Part shown: one piece after another, positions 53,659 to 64,000 of the stretch | Layout of the letters: each line of letters starts with the position of its first letter | Position numbering within the stretch: position 1 is the stretch's first letter | Source of the DNA: Daphnia carinata | Lineage: Eukaryota | DNA length: 64,000 nucleotides | Assembly (NCBI RefSeq): GCF_022539665.2 | Contig: NC_081332.1 | Span: 4,278,001 to 4,342,000 of the forward strand | Direction: 5' to 3' | Program-made: the position numbers and the translations under genes | Notes under the pieces: generated by a model | What the model was told of the DNA's origin: nothing | Databases searched by the model: none | Seen by the model: the letters and a program-made list of their open reading frames with translations, nothing else

Positions 53659-54321
53659 TTAAGCTCTTTGGAGATGAACTTGGAATTTGCAAGCTGGCAT
53701 TGTGGTCACTTCAGCAGTAACAATGCAGGTTAGACCTAAAGAAGCCAAAGCACCTCTCAGCAAACCACAAGTAAAAACTAAATACTGAGAATTATAGAGA
53801 AGACAAATGTAGTGGTTACCATCCTAAAGGCTACAGTAGTATATTACCTTAGGTGCTAATTCAAGGTATTGCCTGCTGTTGGAAATTGATGCAAGGAACC
53901 TGAACTTGTTATCTTGCAGCACATATACACCTTGATGGTTTGTTCGCAGGTTATCAACTTGTTTCTTGAAAACTGCAGTCCAAAAATCTTTGCAGATTGC
54001 TTTCATCACTTCTAGCTCATCTTTAAACCTTGATAAATCCTTGGTCAGCCTAATGAAAACATTTATAGGCTGGTTAGGAAATGTGCCACAAACAAATCTG
54101 TTTCATTGATTGCCTTTCTATGAATCGATAACCAGTGGAATAACCAATCTGTTCTAATTTGGACATGGCTTCATCCTATAAATTTGCTACTTTAATTGAA
54201 CTGAATATTCTATATTTATCAAAACAAAACTTACTCCATCTTGAAGTAGACCAGCATCGGATTTTGTTACATGGCTGACGATTTCCATATGTAGAAAATC
54301 AAACAACGCATCATCGGCCAT
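53659..54321 (-). CDS. TRAPPC6B: Trafficking protein particle complex subunit 6 (Trs33)
   Basis: Exons 54235-54321, 54114-54175, 53848-54049 and 53659-53784. MADDALFDFLHMEIV, GYRFIER|LTKD..RFKDELEVMK.ICKDFW..VFKKQVDNLRTNHQGVYVLQDNKFRFL, FTCGLLRGAL and MPACKFQV. Confidence 0.95.
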
Positions 54322-54704
54322 TTCTATCACGATATAAAATTAACTCAGTACAAGAAAAACAATGGTACACTAAATAATTCGGTTATAATAATGGCCTAAC
54401 TTAATCGCGTCGAAAAGAACTTTTTTCAATGTAAACAGTTTGTTAGCAGACGACTACAAATGCAAGAAAAACTAAAGCCGCCCCAGAATTCGAAAAAAAT
54501 TCGGGGATTCAAGACCAAAATCCTGATTCACGAATCCCCTTCAAGAAAGGTTTCTAAAATAACCCTTGTTCCTAATAAACATACGCATTACTTGGGCATC
54601 AAACATAAATCCTTGGGTAATAGCATTTTTAAAATGCTTCCTTGAAATTTCATATGGTAAATTACCGTTTGAGCGCAGCACCGACAGAACTTCTTTAATG
54701 GCGG

Positions 54705-54712
54705 TGACGTCA
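54705..54712. promoter_or_regulatory. Palindromic CRE (TGACGTCA) in the TRAPPC6/golgin divergent promoter
   Basis: Exact TGACGTCA about 47 bp upstream of the golgin ATG, next to a YY1-like AATGGCGG. Confidence 0.4.
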
Positions 54713-54758
54713 TAACAACTTTTGACAGGTGGAAAGTCTTGTTTCTATTTCTTCGATA

Positions 54759-57700
54759 ATGTTCAAAAAATTAAAGGATAAAATAGCTGAGGAAGTTAAG
54801 CAATCTCCGCTACGATTGCCCACTTCTGTGCAACAGCATCTTTCTCAGGTAATATTTTAAAATATGTTATTCACGCGTGTACAAGAGTTATGGCTACCAT
54901 CGTTTGATTATCAATCCAATGCGTTCCGGTTTAAGTGTTGATGGTGGGTTTGCGAGTTAAGGCATTTTTGTGGTTGTGGGGCATGGTCAACAAAGCTTTT
55001 AATCATGCTGCTTTCTGCTTTTACCCTGTTTGTGTTCATAATCTTCAGTATTCTCCTTTCACTCGGGATGCACAAAATGGTGATGTCACAGAAACCCACC
55101 AGAACCTTAACAGCCTAGACAATGGTGACTCAACAATCAAAAGAACACAGGAGGTAATTTAGTCCTTTATTTAGCTAGGGGTTCCCTTCTCAGAAATTAA
55201 AGTCAGTTGCATGCATTTATATGCTTTGGAATTTTATATTTTAGACTTTAATAATGTGATTTCCAGAAAAAAAAAAAATTAAATATATTCTGTTGGTTGC
55301 TTGCTTAGTTATCCATTGCTTCTGCATATGCTTCTTATATTTAAGCTTTTTGTAGTAAACTGATTATCAAAGACAAGTTGACTCATCGATGAATTGTTTG
55401 TACAAGACTTTAGTTGATATTGCCGAAGATTCAGCTGAAACGGTTCCAAGCGCATTTAGCATTGCTGATGGAGACAGCCGACCTTCAACACCAGCAGGTG
55501 CAACAAAAGAAGAAAATTTCCAACCTGTCAATTTAAATGAACCTAGGCGAGAAATGAACACCAGCACGCCCCAACCATCTAGCCACATTGGTCGGCTATC
55601 TCGCCAGTCGTCACTTAGTTCTGTTTTCAGTGATGTTTCGTTTCTTCCTGGATCGTCAGATTCTACTTATCATCCATATCAATTCCAAGTACGATCTTCT
55701 TAGTAAAACACAACACCAAAAAAGTCCAGCCTATCTAAAATTCTTTTCAGTCTGATCTAGAGTCTAATGTCAGTGAATTTGATGATTCTGCCAGCCAAAG
55801 TGGACAGCAAGCCCTTGATAGAATATCCAAGGAGCACGTTTATAACGCCTATCAGAAAATCAGGGTACGTTATCACAAGTATAAGGGCCGCTACTCTGAC
55901 TTGGCGCGGCACTATAAGGAACTGGAACGAGATAGAGAGAAGGTTAAGGTAAGAGTATTGAATTTTATTTCCCCTTATGATTACCTATTCTCAACAAAAA
56001 TGCTATGTTCAGCATGTACTAACTGAAACACAAGATCGGAGTCTGCGAAGGATATCGGAACTTAAAGAACAGTGTGTTCTAGAACAACAAGCCAAAGCTC
56101 ATTTGGAAGAGATGTTACGATCGGATTTGGAAGAAAAAGACAACCTGATCACTGTTCTGCAAACGAAAGTAGTGTTGCAGAACCTTTCAGTTTTCTGAAT
56201 AAGTGTTTTTACTATTCTTGATACCCAGGTCAAGCTTTTGGCTTCCCCGTCGTCCTCTGCATCCGAAGGAGCATTAATAGATTTAAGCAATTCCGAAAGT
56301 AGCAAGAAATCGTCTGATGAAACCGACAAGGATTCGAAAGAAGACCATATTACAGAAGGTGAAGTTCTGCTACTAAAAGGTAATTTCCTTCATTATAAGT
56401 AAGAGTAATGCCCCACCAGCGAAATGGTCTGGTACATTGTTTCTTAGAAAAACTTCAGCGCTTTGAGTCACTCCTTATGAAATGCAAAGAAAATATTAAG
56501 CATCACATCGAACGTAACGGTGAGCTGCAGGCGGAAAATGAAATTTTAAAGCAAACAGAAGCCCAGAAAAGCGAAGAAGCCGAAAATATCCAGGTAAAAA
56601 AAATCATAGCATTATTCAGAATGGACACGTTCATAATTTTCTGTAAATATATCATATTTATAAAACATGTGTATATTTGCAGAAAATGCATCGTGATCAA
56701 CTAGCCCAACTTACAGAAAGTTTAAATATGGCCCGAACGGAAATTGAAACTCTACGACGTCAAGAACAAGAGGCTGCTTTAGCATCTGCTGAGACTAAGC
56801 AGAAAGTTCATGCTGAACTTCTGGAACAAGAAGAAAAAATGGTTCGACTGCGCAGCGAACGTGATCAACTTCATAATAAGGGTTGGTTACCTTTATTGTT
56901 ATATATCGTATTAAGGATTTTGTTTTTAAAAAATTGTCTGTTTAGTTACTCAATTGGAAACTGAAATTGATACCATCAAAGAACAGACCGCAAAGCAGTT
57001 GGAAGAGACAGAAACAATCATTGAGATGGAAAAACAAAAGCTGCTTAAGGTATAATATGCAAGAAAAGTAGAAATAGAATCAGGAAAGAGACTCAGCATT
57101 TTTCTGCATTTACATAGGAACTTTCACGTGGTAAGACTGAGGCGCTCAAACTTATGGAGGAGGACATGACACAACGTATGGAAAATTTGAAGCAAGAGAA
57201 AGATGCACATTGGGAAGCTATCATGCAGAAAAGGTATAACTAAATATGACTAATTGGATTCCGAGTGGTAACCCGTAAAATTGTTGCTAGATTAAACGAT
57301 GAGGTAGAAAACCACGCAAGAACGCTACGTCAAACCGAAGAGCACTATCGTTCAAGATTGGCTGAAATGCAGGAAGAAAAAGCTTTAGCCATAGAAGAAA
57401 AAGAACTGTATTGTGCCTCTCTTGTTTCTAAAGAACAGAATAATCAACAGGGGCTGCAGGTTGTTTCAGTATAAATTTGGAAGACTTTTGCCGCATTAAC
57501 CTTATTATTTTCACCTATTAAACAGGATGAGATTGCGAACCTAAAACGAGAAATGGAAACCAAAGATAAAATTATTGAGAAGGTTCGGGAAGAGTGGCTA
57601 GAAGAGCGACGATCTTGGGTTCAGCAAATAGAAGAAAACCGACAGAGACATTTAGAGGAACTTCATTCTACAAATTTGCAAAACGAGAAGCTTATAGAAG

Positions 57701-60700
57701 AAAGAAAGAACGTCATCAAAATGCAATCGATACTGCAATCCTAGATCTAAAGCAGCAACATAGGTAACGTGCCTCATATACCTAACAGTGATGTGCGTCA
57801 AGCATATAATTTACCTTTTGTTTGTACGTTTTTCAATGGGATTTAGAATGGAATTGGATAAAATTCAACAACAACACGAAGAACTTCTTCAAGCAGCAAA
57901 CGAGGATATGGAATCATCAGCCAGGAATCAAATTGATCAGCTTCGCGCTCTTTTGCGAGATAAAGAATCCGAGATATCGCATCATAACTCTGCTCATCAA
58001 GAATTACGAGATGCTCTGAACAGTAAAGACCTAAACATCACAGATCTTACAAGTCAAATCGGCAGTCTGCAAGATCGGCTTTCTTCTATGGATGCTTTGT
58101 CGATGCAATTAAATTCGGCATTAGAAAAGGCTAAATTACTCGAACCGTTGAATTTTGAACTTGAGAACACGAAAGAAGAGCTTGTATCCAGAAATTCGTA
58201 CATCCTCCAGCTAGAAGAACAAATCGCAGCGCTGAAAACTGGAGCAGAAAACGATCAAGCTCAGGCCTCTCGGCTTCAACAACAACTAGCTGAAAACGAA
58301 AAAAAAGCAGAAATCCTGGAAGCTCAAGTGGAAGACCTAAATTCTATAGTAAAACAAAACAAGGAAGAATTAGCTTTGCTTGACGCAGTAAAGTTGGAAG
58401 TTTCCGAATTGAAAAACCAACTTGAACAGAAGGAGAAGTCAATCATCCAGTTGCAAACTGAGGTTAAAGAAGCAACTGCTTCAGTGGATACCAAACAATG
58501 CGAATGGCAAAAAACTGTTGAGGAGTTGACTAACCAATGCCAAATCGTACAGGCGGAATTGGCAGCTGCCAGATCGCTGATTGATACAAAAGATGATCAG
58601 ATGATCCAATTACAAACAGCGTATGATCTTTTGGTGGCAGCTGAATCTCAACTAAAAACTATTACTCAGGAGAAGGACCTCTTATTAGCCTCAAGAGAAT
58701 CTGAGCTTGACACCCTGAAATCGGCGTTCTCAGATCAGGGAAACCGTGTCACCAAAATGCTAGAAGAAAGGTCTCAGTCTGTACGCGAGAAAGAAGAAAT
58801 CCATCAAAAGCTAATTGCGGTAGAAGCCGATTTATCAACTATTCATCAGACCAAAGACCAACGTATCGTAGAATTACAAGAAGAAATTAAACAAGCTGAA
58901 TGCAACCTCAAGCTAAAAGAAACTGAATGGGAGGAAAAGGTACAAGTATCAACCAATAAAATGGAAGAAACACTGTCAGAGTTGCTTAAGCTTGGAACCT
59001 GCTTGGCTTCGAAAGAAGAAAAAATTCTTCAACTGGAACAGGCACAGAATAAGTGGGAAACTCAAAAATCTTCATTAAAATCGGCTGCGGAAGAAAGTGA
59101 AAGTCGTTTACGTGCTAGTGAAACAGAGTTACAACAGCTCAAAGAAATCGTAGACGTTAAAGAACAACGCATCACTGAGTTACATGAAGAACTTCAACAG
59201 ACTAATCAAACCTTAAATGCTCAAGATTCTGATTTGAAGAAAGCAAACCTAGATTTGTCCGATTCCTTGAAAACTGCTCAGTCAGAATTAGATAACTTGA
59301 AAGCTAATCTCCTACAATCTAATTCGCTTTCAAGTGAATGGGAACAAAAAACAGTCGAATTGACTGATCAGCTAAATACTACCCGATCGGAGTTGCAAGA
59401 AGCAAAGTCTTCATTTGAAACTGATGCAAACGAAATTCAAAAATTAGAAAAAGTCATCAGTGAAATGCAATCCCTTATTGAGGAAGGTAAACAACAACTA
59501 GTTGAAAGAGAAATCCAATTGAATGCCACTAAACAGTTGCTCAATGACAAGGAAACGCAAGTTGCTGAGCTGAAAACCACTCATTCTAACTTAGAATGTT
59601 CTACTAATGAATCAGCACGCCAATTAGATTTGCTAAGCCATTCTTTAGCCGTCAAAGAAAGCGTCATCATTGATTTACAGAGCGAAGTTGCGCGAAATGG
59701 TGAACTAATGTCCGAAACTAACGCTTTAATTGAGGAACAACGACTGCAACTGGAGGTACTAAAACAGTCGCTGGCTGATAAAGAAAATTTGGCTGAACAA
59801 TACAAAAACCAGCTTGCCTCTGGCGAAGCAGAATGGCATCTTAAATTAGAAGCTGTAAACGATCAATTGAACGTTGTTAAACGAAGTGAGGAGGAATCAC
59901 GGGTTCAGCTTGCCTCAAAAGAAGACACGCTTCAAGAAAGGGAATTAAACTATCGCAATGAAATGGAAAAGACATCTCAACAACTTGCGGATGCATTAGT
60001 GACTACACAGTCACTGGAACTTGAATTTAAGAAGAAAGTGAATGAACTTGAAAATGTTGCAGCTCGTGCCATAGAATTGGAAATGAAACTCCAGTTGTCG
60101 ACTGATCAACTTGTCCAAAAAGGAAATGAGCAAGAAACCCTTAAAGCAGAAAATATCAAGTTGAACATGGAGCTTGACAATGCAAAAAGCAAAACTGGCT
60201 CATTAGAGTTAATGGAAAGTCAAATTAAGGTATTTGTAGTTAGTTAACACAGTGATCTTATCACTAAAATTTATTTGGTGGTTTTTGTATTTTAGTCCTT
60301 AAATGACGAGCTCAGTACTTTGTCAGAGGAAAAAAATCGTCTGGAAATCCTGTGCAAACGATTCAAAGTGCAATTAGCGGATACGCGTAAGCTTCTTTCT
60401 GCAACCAAAACTACCGAGGCAACTGCATCAAAAGACATCGAAGTTGCCTGCCCAGCCAAAGAAGTCATGAGCGAAGCTAAGATAAACAACTTGATGCAAG
60501 CAGAATTAAACCAAAATGAACTCAAGGTACTTTATTGGACTTGTTAACTTACAGAAAAAAATTTATCTGTTATGAATTATTCCACATTTATAGGGCCATG
60601 ACACAAAAGAATTACTGCAGCAGCAAATCGCAAATCTACAGAAAGAACTCGACATCGTCCGCCATCAACATCAGTTAGTTTAAATGCAAGAAATTCTTAC

Positions 60701-61413
60701 TCTAACGTTTTAATCGTAATGGTTTTTAAACATTAGAGTGGAAGCAACCGAGCTGAGACGAATAATCGAACTAGGTAAAGCCTCGAACGTGGAAAGTAGC
60801 AGCAGTAGTAATGGGGTTGGCAGTGGCTTTCACGGTTCGCTGGAAGAAGCAACAGAGCTGGAGTATTTACGTAACATAATGTTCGAATACATGATGGGTC
60901 GTCAGCCAGCCGTAAGTGTTTGTAGATGGAAAAACTCCTAGGAGAGGTAACTCATTTTGACCTACTCTTTAGACGCTGTCCAAAGTGGTAGCTGCTATCG
61001 TCAAATTCACTCCTGAACAAACCAGAAAAATAGCTGAAAAAGAAGAACAACGTCAAAGTCTGGTAAGTTTTTTTGTTAAATAATCGAAAAGCCTCTCACA
61101 ACGTGCTCTAAATTAACACTAGCTCTTCCATGATCTTTCATTACAATATCCTTTCTTTCATTCTTTTATCGACACTCGCATGTAATTTTGGAACTATCAC
61201 ATTTTTAATGCACTTTATATTTGTTATGACCGATTAGTAAGGCTGTTTCAAGTCTGAACTCACAAAGCTATATGAAACAAGCGTTTCACCTGGTCTCACA
61301 TAGCTTCGTGTCTATAAAAACTCCCCCTTGGAAAGTCTTTAAAAATCGTAAAAAATCTATTTCTCTTTTTTTCTACTCATTTCCTTTAGCTCGGCCACCT
61401 TGGACTTGCCTGA
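54759..61413 (+). CDS. GOLGA4: GRIP-domain golgin, golgin-245/GOLGA4-like (apparent 1-nt frameshift near 57703)
   Basis: About 18 exons. N-terminus MFKKLKDKIAEE, then YKGRYSDL and TQDRSLRRISELKE, a long coiled coil (2.4-kb exon 57847-60229) and a GRIP domain EATELEYLRNIMFEYMMG...|TLSKVVAAIVKFTPEQ. The terminal exon 61390-61413 (LGHLGLA*) is less certain. Confidence 0.88.
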
Positions 61414-61831
61414 ATTGTTCTGGGGGAAAGATTGAATTGATTTCACGACAGCAAAAAAGAAAAAAAGGGCTAGTCAATTATTTTCAAGTACGAATTAATA
61501 GGAAATTTCAATTTTATACTGTTTTTTTTTAAGCCTTTAATGATTAGCCTTGATCGTGTAAATATTAATAGAGGAAAGGGTCGTTTATCGTGAAACTAAC
61601 ATTCCTCTAAACTTTAAATACATATATTGTGTTTGTGCTATAATTTTATGGGTCTATTGTTGGCACTTGTCTATGTTATTAGCTGGAAATGAATATATTT
61701 AACATCGTGTATTTGTTTCCTACTCAACATGATGCCTTTCATCAACATTGGCCTACGCAAGAGCAGCAGTATTCCTATACATGTACAATTTATTGGATTT
61801 TTTTTTCAAGAAAGTGAAAGAACACTCAGTG

Positions 61832-64000
61832 TCAATATTTAGATTGACGCTGCTTCTTCACAGCTTGTACGCATTTCGCCATGGTAGGGGATGCTCGACT
61901 GATGGAGTCTGTCATATAAAAATCTTCAAGTGTCTTTTGTCTGACATCCAACGGTGCACTACTGGGCTGAGCCTTAACAAGCTGGAAACAAGAAGCAATG
62001 ATGAGTTAAAGTTTCTAATCTTATTTTACAGTCTTAACAATTACTTTAGATAGTTCAACTGCTTGGGCAAAGTAGTTAGCCGCTTCAACATCTCCATAGC
62101 GGGTCAAGTTGGGTGAAACTTCAGTCAGCCGAGCACGAACTTGCGTCAGTGTATCATACGGCAGTTTGACACCCACAACCTTTTGTTTGCATAGGTAAAA
62201 TTTATCAGTTGTATAAAGAAAGAAGTTAATTGACAAAACTATTTATGTATACTACCTCCCCCAATGCACGTAGGATCTTCCAGTCTTCTCGGGCGAGACC
62301 AGGGGCAGTAATAGCCGTAAATGTTTGCTGAGCTCGACCCTCCATGTTGACGTAGGTGGCCGGCTTTTCTGTATAAGCAGCTCCAGGAAGCACAGCGTCA
62401 GCCATGGCAGCCCCACGATCTCCATGATGACCTAGAGAAAAAAGGTATTAGCTACCGTCAAAACAGAACGAATGCATTTAATATGCCTTGGTAAATAACG
62501 AAGCAATCTTTAGGCAAATCCTCACGACTGATGGCGCCTTCGTCGGCTCCCAGAAGGAAAAGAACTTTGGGTGGGTTTGAACGAATGGCATCGATTCCGG
62601 CTTTGTAGCCCAAATCTAAGGCGGCTACCTGAGATGCAACTCGCTGGAGGACATTAAGCACACGCCAGTCGTGACCAACATTGGAGGCAACTCGGGCATT
62701 CTGGGCTATCCTCTGGGTCAGCTGGAAAATAGCGGCGCCATCTGCTCTCTGCAAAGCTCCCGAACCGACGACAATCACGGGACGTTTAGCACCATTCAAA
62801 ACTTTGGAGAAGGCGTGGCGACCCTCTGCCAAGTCTTTCAGTACTTGTACGGAATCTCCAAGATTCTATTTCAAGCGATTCATCATTCATTATATTACCA
62901 TTAGAACAATGAAAATGCCAAATTACTTCCGTTTCGTAGGTCAAGTCAACTTTAGGACCGACAGTTGCAACTCGAAGATCGTTATTGATCCATGCTTTGC
63001 GAAGGCGGGCATTAAAAAGCGGTGCTTCGAATCGTGTATTGGTACCGATCAAGAGAACAACGTCCGCCTCTTCGACACCTTTAAAAACAAAAAAGATTTA
63101 GTTTGTACTACCATCCCAACGTACACTAGCGTTACACCTACCGGCAATAGTTGAATTAAGAAGGTAATTTGATCGCAGATCGGTTCCGGCACCATCCATT
63201 GGAAAAATTTCCTCAGTGCATAGCGATTCAGAACCCAAGGTATTTAACATATCTTTAAGAACGACAAGAGCCTGGATTTTGGGATTGAGAAATAGTTAAT
63301 GTCGTTCGATTGATGTGTCCGTTTCGACTTACTTCGGCATCCGCAAATCCACCAACAATGGCAGCCAATTCATTTCCCTTTGCTGACTGCAGTGCTCTAG
63401 CAACAGCAACGAGGGCATCTTCCCATTCAACCATGACCAGTTTACCATTGCTGTCACGTACCATAGGCGAAACCAATCGTTGGCGTTTAAGTCCGTCACA
63501 AGCGAAACGGCTCTTGTCGGAAAGCCATTCCTCGTTAATTTCCTAAAACATGAAAGATTATGTCAAACGGATGGGCTAACGTAGATATGTCTCATCCCAC
63601 TGTATTACCTCATGCGTGCGAGGTAATACTCGAAGCACCTCACCCGTTCGGTGGGTCACGAAGATGTTTGATCCAACTGCGTCCATCACATCAATAGAAT
63701 CGGTTTTTCGAGTCTCCCATGGCCGAGCCATGAAGGCATAAGGTTTGGATGTTAGTGCACCAACAGGGCAGAGATCGATGACGTTACCACTCAGTTCTGA
63801 GAGGAACATTTTTTCTACATATGTTCCGACCTTAGATTGAACTGCTATGTAGATGTAGCTCAATGGAGTAGTGAAAAAGATTGCTATACCTGCATATCTC
63901 CACCGCGTCCAGTGGTACCTAGATCATCGACGCCAGCCACCTCAGAGGCGAAGCGGATACAACGTGTGCAATGAATACATCTCGTCATAATAGTTTTGAT
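61832..64000 (-). CDS. NDUFS1: NADH:ubiquinone oxidoreductase 75 kDa Fe-S subunit (5'-truncated by window edge)
   Basis: [105 protein letters not shown] and [22 protein letters not shown]; stop at 61832. Confidence 0.97.

Overview
This is eukaryotic animal DNA. The 55-80 bp introns, AT-rich spacers, abundant homopolymer runs and arthropod-type proteins suggest a compact arthropod genome, probably a Daphnia-like branchiopod crustacean (inference, not confirmed). The window has two domains. (1) Bases 1 to ~34 kb are gene-sparse and rich in CpG and homopolymers. They hold two paralogous 5-HT1-type serotonin GPCR genes arranged tail-to-tail (13698-18600 +, 24454-32510 -), with two near-perfect CTCF-consensus motifs in divergent orientation between them. 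(2) Bases ~34.3-64 kb form a dense housekeeping cluster: NMT(-), METTL18(+), PSMA3(+), CHK1(+), an intron-containing H2A.X(-), TAT(+), a ZCCHC14/ZCCHC2-like gene(-), NDUFAF6(+), TRAPPC6(-), a GOLGA4-like GRIP golgin(+) and NDUFS1(-, 5'-truncated by the window edge). Gene models were spliced by hand from GT/GC-AG boundaries and remembered family motifs; no searches were run. Best leads: CHK1 and an unusual H2A.X convergent with overlapping 3' UTRs; a ZCCHC14-like protein whose RNA-binding SAM signature appears degenerate; the insulated 5-HT1 paralog pair with different intron sets; four GC-AG introns; a 1-nt frameshift in the golgin; a tRNA-Gly-like relic; and repeated neighbouring of functionally related genes. 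I see no evidence for a wholly new system; these are hypotheses to test.
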